Positions 45,287 to 55,310 of a DNA stretch of 64,000 nt are shown one piece after another. Under the pieces are notes generated by a model. The model was not told where the DNA came from and did not search any database. It saw only the letters and a program-made list of their open reading frames with translations. Both the position numbers and the translations under genes were made by a program. Source of the DNA: Terriglobales bacterium (lineage in GTDB: Bacteria; Acidobacteriota; Terriglobia; Terriglobales; Acidobacteriaceae); assembly GCA_035457425.1 (NCBI GenBank), contig DATIBR010000030.1, positions 15,991 to 79,990 on the forward strand, given 5' to 3'. Positions within the stretch are counted from its first letter, which is position 1. Every line of letters starts with the position of its first letter.

Positions 45287-45991
45287 ATGAAGTTCGGAGT
45301 CATCACCTTCCCCGGGTCGAACTGCGACCACGACGCCTTCTACGTGGCCGGCCAGGTAGCCAAGCAGCCGGTCGTCTCCCTGTGGCACGATTCGCACGAT
45401 CTGCAAGGCGTGGACTGCGTCATTGTGCCGGGCGGCTTCGCCTATGGCGACTACCTGCGCACCGGCGCCATCGCGAAATTCGCGCCCATCATGGACGAGG
45501 TGCGGAAGCACGCGGCCCAAGGCGGGCTGGTGCTGGGCATCTGCAACGGCTTCCAGATCCTGTGCGAAGCCGGCCTGCTGCCGGGCGCGCTGATGCGCAA
45601 CTCCGGACTCAAGTACGTCTGCAAGCACATCTACCTGCGCGTCGAGAACGCCGAGACGCCGTTCACCGGCGCCTGCCGCGAGGGCGAAGTGCTGAAAATC
45701 CCCATCGGGCACATGGAAGGCAATTACGTGTGCGACGAGCAGACGCTGGCGGCGCTCAAGCGCGACCAACGCATCGTGTTCCGGTACTCGACGCCGGACG
45801 GCAAGCTCACGCCCGAGGCGAACCCCAACGGGTCGCTGGAGAACATCGCGGGCATCTGCAGCGAAGGGCGGAACGTGCTGGGGATGATGCCGCACCCGGA
45901 GCGCGCGGCGGAGCCTGAGCTGGGGTGCACCGACGGGTACAAGGTGTTCGAGTCGCTGGTGCGGGCGATGGTGCCCGCGAGCCGGGGCTAA
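45287..45991 (+). CDS. purQ: Phosphoribosylformylglycinamidine synthase, glutaminase subunit
   Basis: MKFGVITFPGSNCDHD, GGFAYGDYLR, GICNGFQIL, MMPHPER. Confidence 0.95.
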   Translation: MKFGVITFPGSNCDHDAFYVAGQVAKQPVVSLWHDSHDLQGVDCVIVPGGFAYGDYLRTGAIAKFAPIMDEVRKHAAQGGLVLGICNGFQILCEAGLLPGALMRNSGLKYVCKHIYLRVENAETPFTGACREGEVLKIPIGHMEGNYVCDEQTLAALKRDQRIVFRYSTPDGKLTPEANPNGSLENIAGICSEGRNVLGMMPHPERAAEPELGCTDGYKVFESLVRAMVPASRG

Positions 45992-46158
45992 AGCCCCTTT
46001 GCAGAACGCGCCGTGACGCGGCCCTGAAGGGCCGCTCTTCCACCAGCCGCAACCCTGGGCAGCAGCTCTGCTTTCTCTCGGAAAGCGGCCCTCCCGCTCC
46101 GCGGGTGAGGCATCTGAGTCCTGTGTTCCCCCAGAACAACTTTGACACAGGAGCGTGT

Positions 46159-46689
46159 ATGCGTACGAACCTTATCGCACTCCTGACGGCGCTGATCCTG
46201 GCCCTCGCCGTCATGGTCGGCTGCTCACAGAACCGCGCGAATCAACCTTCAGTGAAAGAGAACGTGGAACGGTCGCTCGACCAAGCGAACCTCAAGGACG
46301 TGAACGTGGATGAGGACCGCGACAAGGGCGTCGTGACACTGAAGGGCGAAGTGAAGTCGGAAGCCGACAAGGCGCAGGCTGAAGAGATCGCCAAGGCCGC
46401 GGCCGGGAACCTGATCGTCGCGAACGAGATCTCGGTTCGCCCGGAAGGGATGGAAAGCGAGGCGCGCTCGATGGAGAACGACCTGGATGACGGCATCAAG
46501 AACAACCTCCAGGCGGCGTTCACGGCGAACAAGCTCGACAACCAGCACATCAACATCGACGTGAACAACGGCGTGGTCACGCTGAAGGGCGATGTTGACA
46601 CGGCGGCGCAGCGCAAGGAGGCCGAGAAAGTGGCGGCCAAGGTGCCCAACGTGAAGCAGGTCGTGAACGAGCTAGAAGTGAAAAAGTAG
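46159..46689 (+). CDS. Lipoprotein with two BON domains (OsmY-like)
   Basis: Lipobox LAVMVGC. Two BON-like units VVTLKGEV...A and VVTLKGDV...A. AGGAG RBS. Confidence 0.85.
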   Translation: MRTNLIALLTALILALAVMVGCSQNRANQPSVKENVERSLDQANLKDVNVDEDRDKGVVTLKGEVKSEADKAQAEEIAKAAAGNLIVANEISVRPEGMESEARSMENDLDDGIKNNLQAAFTANKLDNQHINIDVNNGVVTLKGDVDTAAQRKEAEKVAAKVPNVKQVVNELEVKK

Positions 46690-46723
46690 TCTTCGGACGT
46701 CAGTCTTCAGACTTCAGCAAAAA

Positions 46724-46754
46724 GCCTCGCGGACTCCGCGAGGCTTTCTGCTTT
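46724..46754. terminator. Bidirectional intrinsic terminator
   Basis: AAAA-GCCTCGCGG-ACT-CCGCGAGGC-TTTCTGCTTT. Confidence 0.75.
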
Positions 46755-46785
46755 GCCCGCAAGATTGAAGTCTGGAGACGGAGGA

Positions 46786-47898
46786 CTAGAACGCTTCCTT
46801 ATTCACCACGTACGGCATCTTCTTCGGATCTCCGCCGTAGTTCCCTTCCAGGACGTCGATGAGGCCCTGGGCGGTGCGGCCGGCCATACCCTTGTCGGGG
46901 TCGGCGTGCAGGCGGGTGATCTTCGCGCCGGAGGCGAAGTGATGGAAGAGGCGGATGCGGTCGGCGATGGCGGGATCGAGCAGCGGCGAATCGGCGGGCA
47001 GCGGCTCTTTCTCGAAGACGTCGAGGGCGGCGCCGGCGATCCATTTCTCGCGCAGCGCCTGGGCGAGCGCCTTCTCGTCGACCACCGGCCCGCGCGAGGT
47101 GTTGATGAGATACGAGGTCGGCCGCATCCAGCGCAGGGTGGTGACGTTGATGAGGTGATAGGTGGGTACGTCGGTCTCGCCCTCGCGCAGCAACGGCACG
47201 TGCAGCGAGACGTAGTCGGCGTCGCGCAGCGCCTCCATCAACTGGACGTAGCGGATGGTGGTCTTCTCTTTTTGCAGGCCGAGCCGGTGGCGCAACTCCA
47301 TGAGCTCCTGGATGCCGGCGATGAACTTCTCGTTCTGATAGGCCGGGTCGAAGCACAGGATGTTCATGTCGAAGCCGGTGGCCTTCTTGATGAGCGCTTG
47401 CCCGATGCGGCCGGTGCCGATGACGGCGAGCGTCTTGCCGGTGACTTCGTCGCCGAGGAACGGCAGGAACGGGTGCCAGGAGGGCCACGTGAGCTCGCGC
47501 ACCAGCTTCTCGCTCGCCCACATCTTGCGCGCCATCACACCCATCATGAAGAAGGCGAACTCGGCGGTGGCCTCGGTCAGGACGTCGGCGGTGTGTGTGA
47601 ACGGGACCTTGTACTTGTTGGCGTCGGCGCGGTTGATGTTGTCGAAGCCGACGGCGATCTGCGCGACGACCTTGAGCGTGCCCTTCCCCGCTTCGAACAC
47701 TTCCGCGTCGATCTGGTCGCGCAGCGTCGTGATGAGGCCGTCGATGCCGGCCTTAACTTTTTCGATGATGAGTGCTTTCGGTGGCGCTTCGGGGCCCTGG
47801 TAGACCTCGAGGTCGTAGCCGCGCTCGCGCAGGCGGTTCTCGGCGGGGTCGCCGATGCGGGACGTGGCAAAGACGCGGAACTTCTTCTTGTCGGCCAT
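46786..47898 (-). CDS. D-isomer-specific 2-hydroxyacid dehydrogenase family protein
   Basis: GKTLAVIGTGRIGQAL NAD fold. Catalytic-region pattern NTSRGPVVDE and DVFEKEP. Start at MADKKKF. Confidence 0.85.
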   Translation of the reverse strand: MADKKKFRVFATSRIGDPAENRLRERGYDLEVYQGPEAPPKALIIEKVKAGIDGLITTLRDQIDAEVFEAGKGTLKVVAQIAVGFDNINRADANKYKVPFTHTADVLTEATAEFAFFMMGVMARKMWASEKLVRELTWPSWHPFLPFLGDEVTGKTLAVIGTGRIGQALIKKATGFDMNILCFDPAYQNEKFIAGIQELMELRHRLGLQKEKTTIRYVQLMEALRDADYVSLHVPLLREGETDVPTYHLINVTTLRWMRPTSYLINTSRGPVVDEKALAQALREKWIAGAALDVFEKEPLPADSPLLDPAIADRIRLFHHFASGAKITRLHADPDKGMAGRTAQGLIDVLEGNYGGDPKKMPYVVNKEAF

Positions 47899-47968
47899 AA
47901 GAGCCGAAACAATATAAAAGAAAACGATTGAAACGCAGAGCGCGCGGAGAAAAACAGAGGCCGCGGAG

Positions 47969-49159
47969 CTACAGGTTCTTCTTCGCCCAGTCGCCGACGC
48001 GGTCGAGGGCTTTCTGGATGTTCTCGATCGAATTGGCGACGCTGAAGCGCAGGTAGCCTTCGCCGAAGTCACCGAAGGCGGTGCCGGAGAGCGCGGCGAC
48101 GCCGGCGTCGTCGAGCAGCGCGTCGGCCAGCGGCTTGGACTTCCAGCCCGTGTTCTTGATGTTCGGGAACACATAGAAGGCGCCCTTGGGCTTGAGGCAC
48201 GAGAAGCCCTTGATGGAGTTGAGGCCGGCGACCATGAGGTCGCGGCGGCGCTTGAACTCTTCGTTCATCGCGTCCACCGAGGCCTGCGGGCCGCGCAGGG
48301 CTTCGATGCCGGCGACCTGGGTGAAGCTGGCGGTGCAGGAGTTGGAGTTGGTCATCAGGCGCGCGATGTGGGTGGCGAGGTCGGCGCGCATGACGCCGTA
48401 GCCCATGCGCCAGCCGGTCATGGCGTAGGTCTTGGAGAAGCCGTCGAGCAGGATGGTGCGCTCCTTCATGCCGTCGACCGACATGATGGAGTGGTGCTCG
48501 CCCTCGAAGATGAGGCGGCTGTAGATCTCGTCGGAGAGGACCATGATGTCGCGGTCGCCGATGGCGCGCGCGACGGCTTCCACGTCCTTCTTGTCCATCA
48601 TGCCGCCGGTGGGGTTCTGCGGCGAGTTCAGGATGATGAGCTTGGTGCGGTCGGTGATGAGCGCGGCGAGCTCGGCGGTGTCGAGCGAGAAGGCGCGCTC
48701 CTCGCGCAGCTTGATGGGGACAGCCTTGGCGCCGAGGAAGTTGATCATCGATTCGTAGATGGGGAAGCCGGGGTTCGGGTAGATGACCTCATCCCCTTCC
48801 TCAACTAACGCCAATATCGAGAAGAAAATAATCGGCTTACCACCAGGGACAACAACAACTTCTTCGGGCGCGGCTTGGACGTGGCGCGTCTCCGAGACGT
48901 ATTGCGCGATAGTCTCGCGCAGCGGCGGCAGGCCGGCCGAGGGCCCGTAGTGGGTGAAGCCCTTGTGGAGGGCGTCGGTGGCGGCCTCGATGATGTTGCC
49001 CGGAGTGTCGAAGTCGGGCTCGCCGATCTCGAGGTGGACGATGTCGCGGCCCTTGGCTTCCAGGGCGCGGGCTTTGACCAGGACTTCGAAGGCCGTCTCG
49101 GTGCCGAGGCGGGCCATGCGCTTCGCCAGGCGGAGTTCGCTCATAACCGCTTTTGTCAT
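47969..49159 (-). CDS. Class I/II pyridoxal-phosphate aminotransferase (aspartate aminotransferase-like)
   Basis: HLEIGEPDFDTP, NPQNPTGG, FSKTYAMTGWRMGY (PLP Lys). The start could be 49159 or 49144. Confidence 0.9.
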   Translation of the reverse strand: MTKAVMSELRLAKRMARLGTETAFEVLVKARALEAKGRDIVHLEIGEPDFDTPGNIIEAATDALHKGFTHYGPSAGLPPLRETIAQYVSETRHVQAAPEEVVVVPGGKPIIFFSILALVEEGDEVIYPNPGFPIYESMINFLGAKAVPIKLREERAFSLDTAELAALITDRTKLIILNSPQNPTGGMMDKKDVEAVARAIGDRDIMVLSDEIYSRLIFEGEHHSIMSVDGMKERTILLDGFSKTYAMTGWRMGYGVMRADLATHIARLMTNSNSCTASFTQVAGIEALRGPQASVDAMNEEFKRRRDLMVAGLNSIKGFSCLKPKGAFYVFPNIKNTGWKSKPLADALLDDAGVAALSGTAFGDFGEGYLRFSVANSIENIQKALDRVGDWAKKNL

Positions 49160-49267
49160 AAGAGGTACCGCTTTCAGGACGTTATGAAACTCTAGATTAT
49201 AGCTCCCGGCGGAGGCCGCCAATGTGACCGGAATCACCCAGGGCACGTACGCTCAGCACCCCGTGAT

Positions 49268-50236
49268 ATGTTGGGCCGCATGGCCTTATACGTGATCACG
49301 GGAGTGGCGGGATTCATTGGGTCGTCGCTGGCGCGGGCGGTGCTGGCGCAGGGCGACCAGGTGGTGGGCGTCGACAACCTGGCGACCGGACGGCGCGAGA
49401 ACATCGCCGACCTGACCAACAAGATGGATTTCCGCGAGTTCGACATCAACGACATGGGCAAGATGTCGGCGGCGTGCCGCGGGGCGGACGTCGTGCTGCA
49501 CCAGGCAGCGATCGCGAGCGTGCCGCGCTCGGTGCGCGACCCGGGGACCACCAACCGCGCGAACATCGATGGAACGCTGGCCGTGCTGATGGCGGCACGC
49601 GACGCCGGCGTGAAGCGCGTGGTCTATGCGTCGTCGTCGTCGGCCTATGGCGACACCCCTACCCTGCCGAAGCGCGAGGACATGAACCCCAATCCGCGCT
49701 CGCCCTATGCGGTGAGCAAGCTGGCGGGCGAGCTGTACATGAGCGTGTTCGCGAAATGCTATGGGATGGAGACGGTGTCGCTGCGGTACTTCAACATCTT
49801 CGGGCCGCGGCAGGATGCGACGTCACCGTACTCGGCAGTGCTGGCGAAGTTCATTCCGGCGATGCTGCGGGGCGAGGCGCCGACGATCTTCGGCGACGGC
49901 GAGCAGTCGCGCGACTTCAACTACATCGACAACTGCGTGCAGGCGAACCTGGCCGCGCGCAAGGCGCCGGCGGAGAAGGTCGCTGGGCGCGTGTTCAACG
50001 TGGCACGCGGGGAGCGGTTCACGCTCAACCAGTTGTTCGAGATGCTGAAGCCGCTCACCGGGTACAAGGGTGAGGCGACGTACGGTCCGGAGCGCGAAGG
50101 CGACGTAAAGCACTCGCTGGCCGATATTTCTGCCGCGCAGGCGGCGTTCGGGTACGACCCGAAGGTCAGCTTTCAAGAGGGGCTTCGTCGAACCGTCGAG
50201 TGGTATCGCGCGGAGGCAAAGGCTGCCAATGCGTAA
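49268..50236 (+). CDS. NAD-dependent nucleotide-sugar epimerase/dehydratase (extended SDR)
   Basis: ITGVAGFIGSSL, SSSSAYG, YAVSKLAGE (YxxxK). Confidence 0.9.
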   Translation: MLGRMALYVITGVAGFIGSSLARAVLAQGDQVVGVDNLATGRRENIADLTNKMDFREFDINDMGKMSAACRGADVVLHQAAIASVPRSVRDPGTTNRANIDGTLAVLMAARDAGVKRVVYASSSSAYGDTPTLPKREDMNPNPRSPYAVSKLAGELYMSVFAKCYGMETVSLRYFNIFGPRQDATSPYSAVLAKFIPAMLRGEAPTIFGDGEQSRDFNYIDNCVQANLAARKAPAEKVAGRVFNVARGERFTLNQLFEMLKPLTGYKGEATYGPEREGDVKHSLADISAAQAAFGYDPKVSFQEGLRRTVEWYRAEAKAANA

Positions 50237-50269
50237 CCGGGAGCAGGGAGTCAGGAGTTGGCAAGGACA

Positions 50270-50291
50270 AAGGCCGCCCGCGGGCGGCCTT
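50270..50291. terminator. GC palindrome between convergent genes
   Basis: AAGGCCGCCCG/CGGGCGGCCTT, a perfect 22-nt palindrome. Confidence 0.45.
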
Positions 50292-50306
50292 GCTCACTCC
50301 CTACAC

Positions 50307-51275
50307 CTAACTGCTGACTTCTTCCTTGGTGCGGATGACCTTGGCCACGGAGTAGGGCGTGGCTTCGAAGGCCGTGTAGTAGTGGCGGACCTGCATCTCT
50401 CCCAGCAATCCCAGCGCGAGCAACTGGACGCCGGCGACGATGAGGACGGCGGCGAAGATCATCAGGGGACCGTGGTGCTCCATGAGCTGGACGCCGCGGA
50501 AAAACTTGACGTACGCCAGCCAGAGAGCGATGCCGCAGCCGGACATGCCGCTGAGGATGCCGAGGCGTCCGAAGAAGTGCAGCGGGCGCGTGAGGTAGCG
50601 CAGCAGGAAGCGGATGGTCATCAGGTCGAACAGGACGCGGAAGGTGCGCGAGATGCCGTAGTGCGACTTGCGGGTCGCCACGATGTTCTTGATGGGGATC
50701 TCGCAGATGGAAGCGCCGTGGAACGAGGCGAGCGCCGGGATGAAGCGGTGCATCTCGCCGTAGAGCGGGACTTCGGCGAGCAGTTCCCTGCGGTACGCCT
50801 TGAAGGTGGTGCCGAAGTCATGGATGTCGACGCCGGAGAGCTTGGCCATCAGCCAGTTGGCGATGCGCGACGGGAAGCGGCGCATGACGAAGTTGTCGAC
50901 GCGCTCCTTGCGCCATCCGCTGACGACGTCGTAGCCCTCTTCGAGTTTCTCGAGGAATGCGGGGATGTCGGCGGGGTCGTGCTGGAGGTCGCCGTCCATG
51001 GCGATGACGAACTCGCCCTGGGCGTGATCGAAGCCGGCGGCGAGGGCGGAGGTCTGGCCGAAGTTGCGGCGCAGCTTGACGACCACGACGCGGCTGTCGA
51101 CCGCGGCGATGTCCTGGAGCAGGCGGAAGGTGTGGTCGCGCGAGCCGTCGTCGACGAAGACGAACTCGAAGGGCTCGCCCGAGGCCTCCATCACCGCCTT
51201 GAGGCGGGAGTAGAGCTCGGTGACGGAGTCTTCCTCGTCGTGGAACGGGACGACGATGGAGTATTTGAGGGACAT
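50307..51275 (-). CDS. Polyprenyl-phosphate glycosyltransferase (GT2; DPM1/ArnC/GtrB-like) with two C-terminal helices
   Basis: YSIVVPFHDEE, FVDDGSRD, MDGDLQHDP. Confidence 0.9.
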   Translation of the reverse strand: MSLKYSIVVPFHDEEDSVTELYSRLKAVMEASGEPFEFVFVDDGSRDHTFRLLQDIAAVDSRVVVVKLRRNFGQTSALAAGFDHAQGEFVIAMDGDLQHDPADIPAFLEKLEEGYDVVSGWRKERVDNFVMRRFPSRIANWLMAKLSGVDIHDFGTTFKAYRRELLAEVPLYGEMHRFIPALASFHGASICEIPIKNIVATRKSHYGISRTFRVLFDLMTIRFLLRYLTRPLHFFGRLGILSGMSGCGIALWLAYVKFFRGVQLMEHHGPLMIFAAVLIVAGVQLLALGLLGEMQVRHYYTAFEATPYSVAKVIRTKEEVSS

Positions 51276-51365
51276 CGCTGGGACTGATTATATCGTGCGA
51301 GAGGGCGCGGCAGGCGGTGGCGGGAGAGGTTCCCGCGCGGTTTTCGTGGGCTAGAATGGTGGCAA

Positions 51366-51442
51366 GGCCCCGTAGCTCAGATGGATAGAGCAGCGGTTTC
51401 CTAAACCGTAGGTCGGCAGTTCGACTCTGCCCGGGGCCTCCA
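51366..51442 (+). tRNA. tRNA-Arg (anticodon CCT)
   Basis: Manual cloverleaf: GGCCCCG acceptor, GCGGT-TTCCTAA-ACCGT anticodon arm, GGCAG-TTCGACT-CTGCC T arm, encoded CCA. 77 nt. Confidence 0.9.
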
Positions 51443-51534
51443 CATTCGACCGTTTTCCGGCAAAGGCATCGCGACCTTAGTTCGGGCGCATAATAACTAG
51501 ATTCGGCGCTGCTGCGTGCAGCCAGGAGAGCTTT

Positions 51535-51999
51535 ATGATCAGACGCTGGTTGGCAGTATGCGCGCTGGTCTGCGGCTTGTTCCTCACGCCCAGCCTGATG
51601 GCCGACCCGCCACAGGGCCAGGGCAAGGGCAAGAACAAGCCGGAACCAAGCGCGATGAAGGACAAGGACAAAGGCAAGTCCCACGACGTCGCGAAAGACG
51701 ACAAGGGCAAGGACGGGAAGGACAAGTCGAAGGGCAAAGAGAACAAAGCCAAGGACGACGACAAGTGGGAGCGCAAGGGCGGCTTCGAGACGCGGACCTA
51801 CGGTGCGAACGAAGGCAATCCGCCGGGTTGGAGCCGCGGGAAGAAGACCGGGTGGGACAACTGCGGCGTCCCGCCGGGACAGGCGAAGCAGGGCGACTGC
51901 CGCACGTACACGTACCAGAGGCGTCGCTATTACTACTATCGCGACGACCAGGGGCGGGTGGTCGTGCGGCGGCCGGAGATCAGGATCCAGCCGCGCTAG
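51535..51999 (+). CDS. Secreted Lys/Asp-rich low-complexity protein with Cys-containing C-terminal module
   Basis: Signal peptide MIRRWLAVCALVCGLFLTPSLMA, then a KGK/KDK-rich stretch, then GWSRGKKTGWDNCGVPPGQAKQGDC and RRRYYYYRDDQGRVVV. Followed by a strong terminator. Confidence 0.6.
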   Translation: MIRRWLAVCALVCGLFLTPSLMADPPQGQGKGKNKPEPSAMKDKDKGKSHDVAKDDKGKDGKDKSKGKENKAKDDDKWERKGGFETRTYGANEGNPPGWSRGKKTGWDNCGVPPGQAKQGDCRTYTYQRRRYYYYRDDQGRVVVRRPEIRIQPR

Positions 52000-52011
52000 T
52001 GCACAGCAAGG

Positions 52012-52046
52012 AACGCGCTGCACCGGGAGTGGTGCAGCGCGTTTTT
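52012..52046 (+). terminator. Intrinsic terminator
   Basis: AACGCGCTGCACC-GGGAGT-GGTGCAGCGCGTT followed by TTT. Confidence 0.75.
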
Positions 52047-52241
52047 CGTGCTATACTGATCGTGCGTTGATATCGCACGTGAGCGTGCGGTGGGCAATTC
52101 AAGTCACTGACTGAACCTCCTACCTCTTCTTTCCTCCCGTCTAAGCGTTACGCGAGATCAGCCGAGACAGGCGTCCCGCGCCCAGCAAACAGCGGAATCA
52201 CGTTTGCAGCCGCCACGCCGTCCAGGAAAGCAACAAGACAA

Positions 52242-53471
<1,230 letters not shown>

Positions 53472-53488
53472 TCGCAAGGAACCAGCAG

Positions 53489-53516
53489 CGCGGCACGCGA
53501 GAGCGTGCCGCGTTTT
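53489..53516 (+). terminator. Intrinsic terminator of the helicase gene
   Basis: CGCGGCACGC-GAGA-GCGTGCCGCG followed by TTTTCTT. Confidence 0.7.
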
Positions 53517-53520
53517 CTTG

Positions 53521-53838
53521 CTACCAGCGATTGCCCTTGCCGCTGAACTCGCGGCGGCGCCCGCCGCGGTCACCACCACCGCCGCCGCGGGGCGCGCCGG
53601 TCTTGGGGCGCGACTCGTTGACGGTGAGGGCGCGGCCGCGCAGGTCCTGCGCATTGAGGGCGGCGATGGCGTTGGTGGCTTCGCCGTCGCTCATCTCGAC
53701 GAACGCGAAGCCGCGAAAGCGTCCCGTCATGTTGTCGTTGACGAGGCTGACCGACTCCAGCTTGCCGAACGGCTCGAACATCTGGCGGAGCTCGGCTTCG
53801 GTGGCATCGAACGGCAGATTGCCGACGTAGATCTTCAT
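53521..53838 (-). CDS. RRM-type RNA-binding protein with Gly/Arg-rich tail
   Basis: RNP2 KIYVGNL and RNP1 RGFAFVEM. C-terminal GGGGGDRGGRRR. Confidence 0.9.
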   Translation of the reverse strand: MKIYVGNLPFDATEAELRQMFEPFGKLESVSLVNDNMTGRFRGFAFVEMSDGEATNAIAALNAQDLRGRALTVNESRPKTGAPRGGGGGDRGGRRREFSGKGNRW

Positions 53839-54401
53839 GAACTTTCCTCCGACGTTGAAATGGGGACGACAGCAGCAGCCGCGTGGTCGGCGGCAGCCTG
53901 CTCAGCCGCGCGGACGGCAGCGGCGAACGAGCCCGGCGCCGAGGGCGAGGCTTCGCGGCGGGTGCGACTCAGCGCGCGCTTGGCCGCGATCTGCTCGGTA
54001 GCTGCAGCGAGCGAGGTGGACTGTGCCGCCGGGTTCGCGGCAGGCCGAGACTCGCGACGTCCGGAACGGCCCGCATGCTGCTGCGGGCTGGCCGCCAGGT
54101 ACGGCGGCCCTTCCACGTAGAAGCCGAAGGCCTGGGTCGCGCTGAGGTTGCGCGCGTAATCGTAGAACTGGCGGAACTCGGGGCCGCCGCCCTGGAATTC
54201 GATGAGGACAAGCTGGTACGCGCCGGGCTTCCAGGCCTTGCGGGCGGCTTCTGCCGAGGTGGCGCACTGGACGGTGGCGCCAACGGAGCGCATGGCAGCC
54301 GCGCGGGCGAGCTGGCGAGCTTCGGCGGCGTCGAGCAGGAGCACGTTGCGTTCGAAGTTGGAAGGGAGCGCGGGAAGCTCGCGACGGGGGCTAGACGACA
54401 T
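53835..54401 (-). CDS. Hypothetical protein with a degenerate receiver-like N-terminal domain and disordered tail
   Basis: NVLLLDAAEARQLA...YQLVLIEFQGG resembles a CheY-like fold with Glu where the phospho-acceptor Asp would sit. The stop overlaps the RRM gene ATG (ATGA). Confidence 0.5.
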   Translation of the reverse strand: MSSSPRRELPALPSNFERNVLLLDAAEARQLARAAAMRSVGATVQCATSAEAARKAWKPGAYQLVLIEFQGGGPEFRQFYDYARNLSATQAFGFYVEGPPYLAASPQQHAGRSGRRESRPAANPAAQSTSLAAATEQIAAKRALSRTRREASPSAPGSFAAAVRAAEQAAADHAAAAVVPISTSEESS

Positions 54402-54588
54402 TGTCACCGCCCGGGGTATCCTCGTTCTCCTGCGGCTCGGCCTGGTGCATGGCGCTGAAATCGATGGGCGGACCACCGGCGGGGGAATCCTGTTTTTCGC
54501 GTTTGCGCTCGAGGCGGCGCTCCGCCTTCATGCGCTGCTTTTCCTGGCGCGCTCGTTCCTTCTGGCGCTTATTGAAAGTGGATGCCAT
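54391..54588 (-). CDS. 65-aa highly basic small protein
   Basis: GGAGGTG RBS. MASTFNKRQKERARQEKQRMKAERRLERKREKQ followed by an acidic tail. Overlaps the next gene by 11 nt. Confidence 0.5.
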   Translation of the reverse strand: MASTFNKRQKERARQEKQRMKAERRLERKREKQDSPAGGPPIDFSAMHQAEPQENEDTPGGDNVV

Positions 54589-54846
54589 GGCACCTCCGCG
54601 GTGCGGGAGTCGTTGCAGTTCGCTGACTGAGAGATTGGGTCGCGCAAGCGACCGCTCGGTGAGGAGGCGGAAGGATGCGATACGAGACTCTTCCAGTATA
54701 CGCCCGGCAGCGAGGGGGACGCCGGCGGCGGAGAAATAAACCTGAGGAAGTCGACAACAACTCTCGATTTCGACGGCGGGGCGAGCAAACCCACGACAAT
54801 CCACGCCATCGCAGGAACGTCGGCGCGATTCCGGGAGGGACCTCAC

Positions 54847-55284
54847 ATGACCAAGGACCGCGTGATCGCGAGCTTGCAACGGCTGGCGGAGCTATGCCGC
54901 GCAGGCCAGCAGGGATACCAGGAGGCTGCCGAGCACATCGGGGACTCACAGCTGCGCTCCTATTTCAATGACGAGAGCATGGAGCGAGCGCGCTACGCCT
55001 CGGAGCTGCATCACGCGCTGCACCAGATGGGAGTCGAACTGGAGAATGAAGCTGCGGCGCCGGAGCTGCACCGCGGCTGGGAGGTGAGCGGGACGATCCC
55101 GGGTGATGACGGGGTGCTGGCCGCCGTGGAGGAAGGCGAAGACGTCGCGCGCAAAGCCTACGAGGAGGCGCTGCAAGAGCCCCTGCCGGAGACCATCGAG
55201 GGGCCGGTGCGGAGCCAGGCGCAAGCCGTGATCGCGGCACATGACCACGTGAAGTTGCTGCGGGAGAAGAAGCAGGCGGCCTAA
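54847..55284 (+). CDS. DUF2383/PA2169-like four-helix-bundle (ferritin-like) protein
   Basis: LQRLAELCRAGQQGYQEAAEHI and EEGEDVARKAYEEAL pattern. Family call from memory. Confidence 0.7.
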   Translation: MTKDRVIASLQRLAELCRAGQQGYQEAAEHIGDSQLRSYFNDESMERARYASELHHALHQMGVELENEAAAPELHRGWEVSGTIPGDDGVLAAVEEGEDVARKAYEEALQEPLPETIEGPVRSQAQAVIAAHDHVKLLREKKQAA

Positions 55285-55310
55285 CGCGCTCGGAGGCGAA
55301 GGCGCCAGAG

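Noticed and set aside
51600-51780. The Lys/Asp-rich stretch as a DNA tandem repeat or contingency locus.
   Set aside because: The nucleotide sequence is low-complexity but not a regular tandem repeat. It is better explained as coding for a charged, disordered region.
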